In this document: piece by piece, positions 15,330 through 23,570 of the stretch
Position numbering within the stretch: the first letter of the stretch is position 1
Layout of the letters: each line of letters begins with the position of its first letter
The notes under the pieces: generated by a model
Told to the model about the DNA's origin: nothing
The model's input: the letters and a program-made list of their open reading frames with translations, nothing else
The model's database searches: none
Position numbers and translations under genes: made by a program
Virus record (IMG/VR): IMGVR_UViG_3300027921_000010
Location: 1 to 42,604 of that record
Strand: one strand, 5' to 3'
DNA: 42,604 nt
Origin: a virus
Taxonomy: Duplodnaviria > Caudoviricetes

Positions 15330-15488
15330 ATGGAAATTGGAACTGTAATAGCGGTTGCTGGTGTATGGCTGTTCGTCGGGTTGCTTGGAAAGAGCGATAC
15401 CGTGCCGGCACATGGACTGCTACTCGGAATAGTTGTTGCGTTTACGGTTACGGTGTTCCTCGCGTGGCTCCTCGCGGGGCTGGCATGA
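15330..15488 (+). CDS. 52-aa two-TM membrane protein (cassette cargo; not in the ORF track)
   Basis: AGGAG RBS 7 nt before ATG 15330; MEIGTVIAVAGVWLFVGLLGKSDTVPAHGLLLGIVVAFTVTVFLAWLLAGLA*. Confidence 0.7.
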   Translation: MEIGTVIAVAGVWLFVGLLGKSDTVPAHGLLLGIVVAFTVTVFLAWLLAGLA

Positions 15489-15489
15489 C

Positions 15490-15510
15490 GCCCAACGCAA
15501 CTTAGCCGAC
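15490..15510 (-). mobile_element. Candidate attI-like site or truncated attC
   Basis: Minus strand GTCGGCTAAGTTGC-GTTGGGC: same R core as both attC sites, with no R'' partner seen upstream. Confidence 0.4.
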
Positions 15511-15552
15511 ATTTGTCCGGTAATCTGCTCTGCGACAGATTACCGGACAAAT
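15511..15552. terminator. 17-bp perfect inverted repeat at the convergence of the two arms
   Basis: ATTTGTCCGGTAATCTG-8 nt-CAGATTACCGGACAAAT between stops at 15488 (+) and 15559 (-). Confidence 0.65.
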
Positions 15553-15558
15553 TACATG

Positions 15559-15723
15559 CTATTGGATGATCCTCCGGACGATCCCCGGCGAGGTGTGGCA
15601 GTGCGCCGTGAAGTATACGGCCTGCTCCCGGCGTTCGTACTTCACGTACTCGCATTGCTGGGCGGTAGGCATGGCAGAGCAGCCGGCGAGCAGGCTCAGT
15701 AGAAGGGCAGTCAGGGTCTTCAT
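15559..15723 (-). CDS. Small lipoprotein (possible spanin component)
   Basis: MKTLTALLLSLLAGC signal peptide with lipobox; AAGGA RBS; start 15723. Confidence 0.7.
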   Translation of the reverse strand: MKTLTALLLSLLAGCSAMPTAQQCEYVKYERREQAVYFTAHCHTSPGIVRRIIQ

Positions 15724-15890
15724 TTGGGGTTCCTTGTGGACTGAAATCGAAACCATAGAGCGGAGATCATACCGCCCAGGGCTATGGTGGTGTTGGTCAA
15801 GCATTCCGTGTCGATCTGGTAGCCCAGGTCATTCGCTAGGGTAGCTACCAGGCTGACCAGGATGGATAGGTAGGTTCGATAGCCTTGCAT
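15720..15890 (-). CDS. Holin-like two-TM protein
   Basis: MQGYRTYLSILVSLVATLA...IALGGMISALWFRFQSTRNPK with a basic C-terminus; at the end of the late operon. Confidence 0.6.
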   Translation of the reverse strand: MQGYRTYLSILVSLVATLANDLGYQIDTECLTNTTIALGGMISALWFRFQSTRNPK

Positions 15891-15892
15891 GG

Positions 15893-16126
15893 TCAGGTTC
15901 CAATAAACAGTAGGCTGTCGCGGTCGCACTCAATCTCCATCAGCACAGCCAGCGGGGTAAAATTTACGCAGTCACCCTGCGCTTTCACCTTACCAAAAGA
16001 ATAACGCTTGGTAGGTACGGAACAACTATAGTCTTCTACCGGGGGCTTATCATGCCATTTAACCGTGTTTTTATCACAGTTTCTGCAGCGCGGACAGATG
16101 GAGTTCACCATTGCGTCTATGTTCAC
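15893..16126 (-). CDS. Cys-rich hypothetical protein
   Basis: Overlaps the upstream stop; CPRCRNC...C...C; no lysin motif. Confidence 0.55.
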   Translation of the reverse strand: MNIDAMVNSICPRCRNCDKNTVKWHDKPPVEDYSCSVPTKRYSFGKVKAQGDCVNFTPLAVLMEIECDRDSLLFIGT

Positions 16127-16335
16127 TTGATACCTCTTACCACTCCATAGGTAGAAATACCTATCAGGATTACAATAATGCCCTTCCAGACAAGCCCCCA
16201 GAATCCGCGTCCAAGGTTGAGGTAGAAACGGTTGGCGAGGCGACGCTCCATCTCGTTGGCTAGGGCCTGTACGTCAGCGTCGGTCAGTGCTCGTGACCGA
16301 CGCTCATCGAGTTGGTGTTGCTGAATGCGTGTCAT
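16123..16335 (-). CDS. Small membrane protein (holin/antiholin candidate)
   Basis: GGAGG RBS; C-terminal TM helix; downstream of the tailspike. Confidence 0.7.
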   Translation of the reverse strand: MTRIQQHQLDERRSRALTDADVQALANEMERRLANRFYLNLGRGFWGLVWKGIIVILIGISTYGVVRGIK

Positions 16336-16487
16336 GCTGCCTCCGCGTAAACTGAAATATATTTAGCTCCTGCTCGGCGGAAGTGCTCGCGCAACAGCAC
16401 CCAGGGTATCCAGCGATAGACACTGGCAAGGGCGGTCTCGCAGTCGCAGGGAAAGCGAATGACAAAGTGCAAATGGACGTAGGTCAT
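16332..16487 (-). CDS. 51-aa hypothetical protein
   Basis: ATG 16487 overlaps the tailspike stop (ATGA); its own stop overlaps the next start. Confidence 0.55.
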   Translation of the reverse strand: MTYVHLHFVIRFPCDCETALASVYRWIPWVLLREHFRRAGAKYISVYAEAA

Positions 16488-18262
16488 GGTTCGAAGCTGA
16501 TCGTGCCGCCGTTTATGGATGACACCTCCCATGCACCGGCTACGGTGCATACCAGTTCAACGCATGTCCCTTGCGTATTAAGGGATAGGTACTTCCCGCC
16601 TCCCCCGGCCGTTCCTGCGTTACGGATTACGTCTGTGCCATTCGGAACTACGCGTATCGCATAGGTGACGTTGTTACGAGTAAATCTGTAGTTCAGACCC
16701 GCTGCTGCTACCGGGAGAGAAAAAGTGACAATCGACGCCGCGCTATTGTTCGTAAAAACATACCCATAGTCCGAGGTCGTGACTGTGTAGTCGCCCGTCT
16801 TGGTAACAATATTTTTCTTCTGCAAGATGTACGTAGAGGCTACAAGCCCGCCGCCGCTGTGCCTAGTCAGGTTAACGTCACTGACCCCTGATCCTGACCC
16901 CCAAAACATCCCGCCGCTATTGTTTAGTTGAAAGCGGTAGTAAGCATCACCGCTAGCCTTACCCTGCAGGGTGGTCGATCCGGCACTTTGCAGACTGTCG
17001 GTGAGAGCGTCGCGCAGGTATGTCCCGCGAAGCGCCGCTCCAATCAACTCCATCCATTTGGTCAAGACACCATTGGCATTGTCTATCATAAAGACGTTGC
17101 CGGCGTTATTGATCCCTGCACCACTAAAGTCTGTGGCCTGATTAAAGCGGGTACCGTAAAACTGCGCACCTTTTGTAGTCGCGTCTATGTTGACACCACC
17201 AGATGTATTAGACTCAACCCACCCACCAAACACCGACAATGCCTGATTTATGCAAGTCGTCAGCTTGTAAGCATAGCCACCATTGGTTTCCACTGACGTC
17301 CCGGTAACATTGATGCCCTTGCAGTTCACAAGATTAAACCCGTCACCAGTGTTCGCAGATACCTGGCCACCGATGAAATTATGTACGTTAGCTCGGCTGT
17401 CTGGATTTACGTCTCCGTCTATCTTTACACCAGCGCCACCATTGTTCTTCGACACTAGATTCACGTAGGTATTGTAATAAGTTCCATCGCCCGTAATACC
17501 TTTGATGCTAAGTCCATCCGAAGTACATCCCATGATAAATAGCGAATGCAACTCCGCGTTATTTGCGCCGTTATGATACCAGCCATTTGCCGCCACGCTA
17601 TTACCATTCAAGCGTAATCCTCCGACAACTGTTACACCGTCGGCAGTATTGGTAATTATCGGCGCAGGCGTGGCGCCAAACTTGAACTTGAGTATTGAAC
17701 CATACGAACCAGTAATCCGCTTCACCGCGCTATTCGTTATCCCAGTGACAATGTACGTGCCATCAGGAAAATCAATACAATCTGCGCCACTGTCAAACGC
17801 CGCCTGAACGGCCGTCGTCACGTCAAGCGCTTCCGCGCCAGCCTGCACGTCAGTGATTTCGGCCGCAGTCATGAAGTCAAAGGCGCTCACGGACTCACGC
17901 AATTTGGCTTGCAACGTGGTTGCCACAGCGCCTGTCCCTGCCGGAGTATAACCTATAGCATCGGCTCCTTCTGCTCCGACCTCTGGTACAGACCAGACTA
18001 AGCGACCGTGGACATCCCGTACTAGCATGGAGCAGCTGGTTCCGGGAATATATACACGTGCAGGGCTTCCATTGCGCACGAGATAACCCTGTTGCGTGCG
18101 AATTGGCTGTGCCGCAGGGGTCGTGAGTTCTTTGTCCCAATAAACCGATACGGGAGAAGTCTCGGGGTTTAACCCAGCAACACCGATGTAAACGCTACCA
18201 GCGTCTATTGGTTCGCCCCTCAAATCACATATATATTGGAATGGGATGACTACTGCAGACAT
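16484..18262 (-). CDS. Tailspike with P22-like head-binding domain and beta-helix body
   Basis: N-terminal PFQY..D..GEP..AG.VYIG....NP....V.VYWD......AAQPIRT..GY; pectate-lyase-like DVT.AVQAA..FP.GTY; Asn/Gly-rich repeats. Confidence 0.88.
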   Translation of the reverse strand: MSAVVIPFQYICDLRGEPIDAGSVYIGVAGLNPETSPVSVYWDKELTTPAAQPIRTQQGYLVRNGSPARVYIPGTSCSMLVRDVHGRLVWSVPEVGAEGADAIGYTPAGTGAVATTLQAKLRESVSAFDFMTAAEITDVQAGAEALDVTTAVQAAFDSGADCIDFPDGTYIVTGITNSAVKRITGSYGSILKFKFGATPAPIITNTADGVTVVGGLRLNGNSVAANGWYHNGANNAELHSLFIMGCTSDGLSIKGITGDGTYYNTYVNLVSKNNGGAGVKIDGDVNPDSRANVHNFIGGQVSANTGDGFNLVNCKGINVTGTSVETNGGYAYKLTTCINQALSVFGGWVESNTSGGVNIDATTKGAQFYGTRFNQATDFSGAGINNAGNVFMIDNANGVLTKWMELIGAALRGTYLRDALTDSLQSAGSTTLQGKASGDAYYRFQLNNSGGMFWGSGSGVSDVNLTRHSGGGLVASTYILQKKNIVTKTGDYTVTTSDYGYVFTNNSAASIVTFSLPVAAAGLNYRFTRNNVTYAIRVVPNGTDVIRNAGTAGGGGKYLSLNTQGTCVELVCTVAGAWEVSSINGGTISFEP

Positions 18263-18263
18263 A

Positions 18264-20123
18264 TCATTCTCCTAACACATGGCGAACTTTCGCCTTCAAG
18301 CGTGCGTTTTTGATGTATCTAGTTATGAGCATCACGGGAACTGGCGCGCCAGCAGTACCCGAGATAGCTACGTCTACGAGACCGGCCAGAACAGTGGCGG
18401 TGTTGCTCGTGTTAACGGCTCCTGGTGGGGTGGTAAGAACATCTTTGGCGATGTCGTTGATCACCCTCAGCTTCTCAGCACCTTTGTTGCCGAATATGTA
18501 ATCCAGCTTCCCGGAGCGATCGAGTTGGGTGATTACACGATCGAGTTGGGTCGGTGATACAATTCGATTGCCCTGATGATCCTGGGTTACACTACTCAAA
18601 ACCTTGTCCTTGATGTGTCGGATAACACCGCCCTGTAGTTCTCGCCAAGCTTGCTTGCCATTCTCGCCTTCAGTATGGAGTAAGCGACGAACCTGACGCA
18701 TGGAATCTAATGAAGTTGAAGGCTCAAGTATAACCTTATTCAAGACATGCTCCAAAGCGATGGCGCGCTCCTCTGTTCCGCGTTTGTCATGGAGTAGATG
18801 CTTTATGACTGGAATATTTTCGTAGTCGTGTCCGTAGCGCCTACGAGCGTTGCGAGCTTGCTTGGCCAGATTACCGCCCAGCCCTTCAGTAGCGTCATCC
18901 ACTAACCTTTTAAGTTGGCCCCCAAAGTTTATATTAGTCGGTGTTAGATCAGCGTCAATGCCGGCGTTCAAATTGCGACGGAATATCTCAGCTATTTCCA
19001 AGGTGACTGGCGCGGCCACAATACCGCCAGCGCCGTCATCAGCAAAGACGCCAAGTTGCCTCCCCTTCAATTCGGCAAAAGGAATAACTTTGGCCAGGGT
19101 TCCTTCAGGACTATGAGAAGTCAAGAAGGCGGCAACATCACTGAGAACTACCGGGGCCTCCAATTCCCCTCTCTTTTTGGCCTCTCTATAGAGCGTCCGA
19201 ATCTTCACCTTATCCCGAGCTGCACGATCTCGCAAGGCATGTCCAACCGCTTCACCTATACCTCGCAAACTTGCAGTCTCAGCACCGGTCTCATCAAGAA
19301 ATTGATCGAGCACTTGGCTAAAGTGCTTTTGCTGATTTCCAAATCTCTCACGAATAGGCTCTCCTACTTCAGGCAACTTGGCGGTCTCGCGCTCAAAACG
19401 GGTTTCGTCAAATCCTCGAGTAGCTTGGCCTTTAGTCAGGGCTTTATCGCCAACAAAACCGAGCTCCGAGGCCTTCTCGCGGCGGAGGGTTGCCATGTCC
19501 ACACCCATAGCACCGGCGCTTCCCATTGTCCCGGCGGTTGGGGGCGGTGACTTAGGTAACACGCGCTGGCGAATAGCGGAGGTCGCCTTAGCGGTTTGCG
19601 TCGCAACTTGACCCGTTACTTGGCGCCCTAGATGGGCTGCTTGACGGGCGCCAAAGGACAACATTCCGAGTTCAGCCGTGAGCGGGGTGACCGGAAGGAT
19701 TTGATGGAGGGCGTCGCCAATGGCGGCGGCTTGCTGCTGACCCTGTTCGGTGCGAGGAGAGCGGGTTAAAGCCCGGGCACCCTTCACAGCCTCTTCTTCG
19801 ACCATCTTCACTGCGTCCTGGGTGCCGAACTCCCCGGAAAGGATTTGCTCCGCCAGACCTTTTAGCGTACCGCCAACCATGCCCGCTGCTCCGGTAGTCA
19901 GGCCGGTGACAAAGGTAGCGCCTGCTTCGGCGGTGCCGATTGCGCGGTCTACTATGGACGGGCCTTCCGATTGGTCTGTTGGAGGTACTTGAGTCCCGGG
20001 GATCAAATTGGCCTTGCTACCTCGGGCTTGGATAATGGCTGCCGCCAAGATGCGCGCAGCGTCCATGTCACCTGCGGCATCGGCATTAACTAAGGCCTCT
20101 TCAAGTTGATCTAGTGTGGCCAT
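18264..20123 (-). CDS. DNA ejection/transfer protein (position of P22 gp16)
   Basis: Large Ala/Gly/Arg-rich helical protein; third of three genes before the tailspike; TAATG overlap gives start 20123. Confidence 0.65.
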   Translation of the reverse strand: MATLDQLEEALVNADAAGDMDAARILAAAIIQARGSKANLIPGTQVPPTDQSEGPSIVDRAIGTAEAGATFVTGLTTGAAGMVGGTLKGLAEQILSGEFGTQDAVKMVEEEAVKGARALTRSPRTEQGQQQAAAIGDALHQILPVTPLTAELGMLSFGARQAAHLGRQVTGQVATQTAKATSAIRQRVLPKSPPPTAGTMGSAGAMGVDMATLRREKASELGFVGDKALTKGQATRGFDETRFERETAKLPEVGEPIRERFGNQQKHFSQVLDQFLDETGAETASLRGIGEAVGHALRDRAARDKVKIRTLYREAKKRGELEAPVVLSDVAAFLTSHSPEGTLAKVIPFAELKGRQLGVFADDGAGGIVAAPVTLEIAEIFRRNLNAGIDADLTPTNINFGGQLKRLVDDATEGLGGNLAKQARNARRRYGHDYENIPVIKHLLHDKRGTEERAIALEHVLNKVILEPSTSLDSMRQVRRLLHTEGENGKQAWRELQGGVIRHIKDKVLSSVTQDHQGNRIVSPTQLDRVITQLDRSGKLDYIFGNKGAEKLRVINDIAKDVLTTPPGAVNTSNTATVLAGLVDVAISGTAGAPVPVMLITRYIKNARLKAKVRHVLGE

Positions 20124-21493
20124 TACCAACTACCCGTAGCGCCAGAAGGCTTGTTTGGTACATACTTGTTAACTAGATCATCAACTTTCCTCGACCCACC
20201 AGCGGCTGGGGTGTCGGGGACCGTGTTTGGTACGCCATAACGATTAGCCACGTTCTTGCGAGCCTTGAGGATCAGACGCTGGGCCTCTCGCACGTTCATC
20301 ATCAGTTGCTTCGGGGACTGCTTCAGACTGAAATTCTGGAGAGCCGATTGGAGCTTTTTGCCTTCGGCATCGGATAGTGCGCCCATGCCTTTAATGTTCG
20401 GGATCTGCGCCAAGAACGATTGGCTGCCCAAGGTTTCGACTAGCTGTTCAAAGTCGGCCACGTCACGCTGCATCGTTGGTAATAGGCTGTCTACTGGCCC
20501 GGTCGCTGCGCGGGCTAACGCCGTAAAGTCCGTCGGTTCCCCGGTTTTTGGATCAACTGCAGCCACGCCCATTTTGAGAATCCGGTCGGCAGTATTCAAC
20601 ATGTTGTCCATGTTGGTGTACGCAGATTCGATATCAGCGGCTTTAGTGCGGACTATCTCGTCGCGCTTCAACTTCATTTCGTCGATCCTCAGGCCAAGTT
20701 CTTGGCGCTTCAGTGTGTTGCCTTCGCGTGCCAAACCGGCGTTAGCGGCGGCTATCCTGGTATTCTCCTTGTTAATCTTCACATCCTCTTGAATCTTGTA
20801 GATGTCCCAACCCTTCTTTTCCAGCTCCTTGACGGCATTCGACTCAGCATACTTGGAGTCCACGGCGGCTTTGCTAGCCTTGGACTGGGCTTCGGACAAT
20901 TCGGCCGGGGCCTTTGCGGCGTTGCGCTGCTCGTTCTGGAGATGGGTGAAGGACTCTATATACTTCTCCGGGCCCGTGGTGGCCGCGAGCATAAGTCCTG
21001 TGGACGTCAGGGCCGTGCTCGGGTTGATCGCCATAGTCTCGGCTATCACTTTAGCTGTCTTGGCTTCTTGTTCCATCCCGGAGTTAGCATAAGCCTCCGA
21101 CTGCTCTAGCAGCAACTTCTGGGCCATCTCGTGGTTACCTGATAGCTGCGCGGCATGCACTTGGGTCGCTTGCTGAATGCGTGTTTTCTGTTGCTCTGGG
21201 CTCGCGATGTCATAGCCGCGCTTGAAATGCTCGCTAAGCTGCGGATATTTCATGATCATGGATGCGAACATAGCGGGTGACGGATTCTTCGACGCCTGAG
21301 CCAAGTCGGCCTGCATCAACTTTATCTGTTCAGCTGCCCGCTGTTTATCGGCCAGGGCTAGGGTATTAGCTTCCTGCGTCTGGCGCTGAAGGTCAAGCTG
21401 ACCTTTCATCTGGGCAAAATTAAGCCCCTGCTGGACTCCTTGCATTACAGAGGCGCTCGGGTCCGGGAGCATGTAGTTGAACGGCTGCGGCAT
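20123..21493 (-). CDS. DNA ejection/transfer protein (position of P22 gp20)
   Basis: Gln/Ala-rich coiled coil; KGMGALSDAEG.KL motif; synteny. Confidence 0.7.
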   Translation of the reverse strand: MPQPFNYMLPDPSASVMQGVQQGLNFAQMKGQLDLQRQTQEANTLALADKQRAAEQIKLMQADLAQASKNPSPAMFASMIMKYPQLSEHFKRGYDIASPEQQKTRIQQATQVHAAQLSGNHEMAQKLLLEQSEAYANSGMEQEAKTAKVIAETMAINPSTALTSTGLMLAATTGPEKYIESFTHLQNEQRNAAKAPAELSEAQSKASKAAVDSKYAESNAVKELEKKGWDIYKIQEDVKINKENTRIAAANAGLAREGNTLKRQELGLRIDEMKLKRDEIVRTKAADIESAYTNMDNMLNTADRILKMGVAAVDPKTGEPTDFTALARAATGPVDSLLPTMQRDVADFEQLVETLGSQSFLAQIPNIKGMGALSDAEGKKLQSALQNFSLKQSPKQLMMNVREAQRLILKARKNVANRYGVPNTVPDTPAAGGSRKVDDLVNKYVPNKPSGATGSW

Positions 21494-22134
21494 CAGAACA
21501 CCTTCAAGGCTTTAAGCGTGGCGACATTGCCGATTGACTGGCCTACTTGGCCCCAAGCTTGGGCCTGGCCTGCTCCAGCTGCGAGGGCGCTTCCGGCCTG
21601 GGCGGAACCAATCTGGCCGAGCAAAGTTGCGATGTCCGATCCCTGCTGCTGGGCAGCGGACGCCTGCCCCGCCGCCGAAGCTTGGCCTAACCCAGATATT
21701 TGACCGAGCTTTCCGAACTGCGATTCAATCAGTTGGCTAAGGAGTTGAGGACGGAACTGGGCTAAGGCCCCTTGAAGATTGCCGCCGCGAAGACCACCTG
21801 TAGCGGAGGCGTTCTGGAGCAGAGCGTTCTCACCTTGCTGTTGAAGCATCTGGAACTGGGGGGATTGCTCCAAGGTAGAAATTGCCGCCGTTTGCTTGTC
21901 AGTACCACCTAGTCCGATCAGGTTCTGTTGGGCCAGAAGAGAACCCTCGCCGGCTTTGGAGTAAGGGGCGAGCAGCGCCTTAATGGCGTCAAACTGGCGC
22001 CGTTGCTCGGCAATACCCGCTTCACTGGCCTGGGTTTGAGCCCCGGCCGCGGTCTCCGCCGCACTACTTTGGGCGTCGGAGGCCATCATCCCGGACACGA
22101 TGGAACCACCTACTACGGCGACGGCTACCCACAT
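21493..22134 (-). CDS. DNA ejection/transfer protein (P22 gp7-like)
   Basis: Gly/Ala/Gln-rich; A.ATGGLRGGN...AL motif. Confidence 0.8.
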   Translation of the reverse strand: MWVAVAVVGGSIVSGMMASDAQSSAAETAAGAQTQASEAGIAEQRRQFDAIKALLAPYSKAGEGSLLAQQNLIGLGGTDKQTAAISTLEQSPQFQMLQQQGENALLQNASATGGLRGGNLQGALAQFRPQLLSQLIESQFGKLGQISGLGQASAAGQASAAQQQGSDIATLLGQIGSAQAGSALAAGAGQAQAWGQVGQSIGNVATLKALKVF

Positions 22135-22580
22135 AACAAGGTTCCTTCTTTGGGTTGGTTGTTCACGTCATACAGCGCGGCTGAATCAGGATACATTAGC
22201 TCCTCCTCCAGGCCTTCGGTTGAGGTCTTAGTTGTCTTGTGGATGTTGAGGGCTATCACATCGGTCAAGGCTACCACTAGACGCTTGGTGCCTTCACTGG
22301 AAGGTATTACATCCCCGGGTTGGAGTAGATAATCTCGACCCTGGCCCATGACAAGAAGCTTGCCACTACACCCAATCAGAAAGTGGTCCGTCTTATGCTC
22401 TTTCCCCACTATGACCGTACCGGCCGGGATGAACATGTGGCGGCAGTAAAGTCCGGCCACAAAGAGATGTTTTGTGGACATCCCAGACGCTTGAGGGAGC
22501 TGGGCAAGCTCTTCCTGGGCGTCTACCACTAATTGGCGTGGGACTGGGTGAAGGGTATCTCGAACAGCCACAGGTAACAT
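22125..22580 (-). CDS. Cupin-fold protein
   Basis: H.F..GLY.R.M.IPAG...VG..H...H.....G pattern; GGAG RBS. Confidence 0.7.
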   Translation of the reverse strand: MLPVAVRDTLHPVPRQLVVDAQEELAQLPQASGMSTKHLFVAGLYCRHMFIPAGTVIVGKEHKTDHFLIGCSGKLLVMGQGRDYLLQPGDVIPSSEGTKRLVVALTDVIALNIHKTTKTSTEGLEEELMYPDSAALYDVNNQPKEGTLLCG

Positions 22581-22602
22581 CTCTACTCCACGGTAGGAAT
22601 TA

Positions 22603-22672
22603 GAGCCGCTGGCCGCTCGAAGATCTCAGCGTTGGTGAACCCATTATAGGCTGGGTTCTTGGGCCTTGTAAA
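22603..22672 (-). promoter_or_regulatory. Promoter and pseudoknot-capable leader of the ejection-protein operon
   Basis: TTTACA-18 nt-TATAAT on the minus strand. Leader CGCTG-agatcttc-GAGC-ggc-CAGCG-GCTC. Confidence 0.55.
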
Positions 22673-22685
22673 CCCAAAGTGATCC

Positions 22686-23021
22686 TCAGGTAATCTCTCT
22701 CCCGGAGGCGCTGATGGTGAGGGAGGTGGCAGCCCCGGCTAGTGTGGAGATAAAACCACCGGGCTCCAGCGTTTGACCCACCAATTCAGGGCAGGTGTAG
22801 CACTCCCCGGTGGCGATAGGCTTATCATCGATGATCAGATTAGCCGCCCCAGCCGATCCCGCACTGGCCACGAGGTTAACCGCGAAGGTCACCGCCCCGG
22901 CCGTAGTATTGGTTACAGTGAACTTGTCAATGATGGTCTTGCAATTGGTGGCCGTATATTGTGTCGTCTGGGCGTTTTCGGCTTGCTTGCGCGGGATGAT
23001 ATTCTTAACGGTTACAGTCAT
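22686..23021 (-). CDS. Putative virion protein
   Basis: AGGAG RBS; beta-rich 111 aa in the tail cluster. Confidence 0.7.
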   Translation of the reverse strand: MTVTVKNIIPRKQAENAQTTQYTATNCKTIIDKFTVTNTTAGAVTFAVNLVASAGSAGAANLIIDDKPIATGECYTCPELVGQTLEPGGFISTLAGAATSLTISASGREIT

Positions 23022-23030
23022 GGTGTTCTC

Positions 23031-23570
23031 CTACCAAGCCGGGATGTAGCGCGAAGTCCCGTTGTCATCAATAGCCACCCACTTAGTTGGATTACCAGCG
23101 GATGGCGCGTTTGTAAGTGTGCCGAGCGCGGCGGCGGCACCGTCACTAAGGGGCACCGATGTAGCAATCAAAGTAGCCTGGTTTCCAGTTAGTGCGGCTG
23201 TGATAAGCCCACCAGAGATAGCTACGCTATCGGCTTGCTGGTGACCGAGGCTTCCGATTACCACAGGTGGGGCGAGGTTATCTTCCACCGTCTGGATTAC
23301 TCCCGAAACAAGTGCGTCATCGGACGGGTAAGCGCACTCCTTGGATGTGGCTAAGGCCAGCATTTCCAGCGCGTCGGCAATACGCCGAAGTTCATCCAGG
23401 GCTTGTAGAGATGCTGAGCGGGCGTTTTCTGCTGCCATGGAAACTTCGTAAAATCCATCCTGCACAATTGGGTCAACCACCTTAAACAACATCTCGAATT
23501 GTTTGATGGCTTGTGGGTCCTTTAGGAAAGATGCCAACTGAGCACGGGTGATGTGAAGGCGCTCGGTCAT
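23031..23570 (-). CDS. Putative tail protein (position of the P22 tail needle)
   Basis: Directly downstream of the gp10-like gene; helical N-terminus; function from synteny only. Confidence 0.6.
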   Translation of the reverse strand: MTERLHITRAQLASFLKDPQAIKQFEMLFKVVDPIVQDGFYEVSMAAENARSASLQALDELRRIADALEMLALATSKECAYPSDDALVSGVIQTVEDNLAPPVVIGSLGHQQADSVAISGGLITAALTGNQATLIATSVPLSDGAAAALGTLTNAPSAGNPTKWVAIDDNGTSRYIPAW

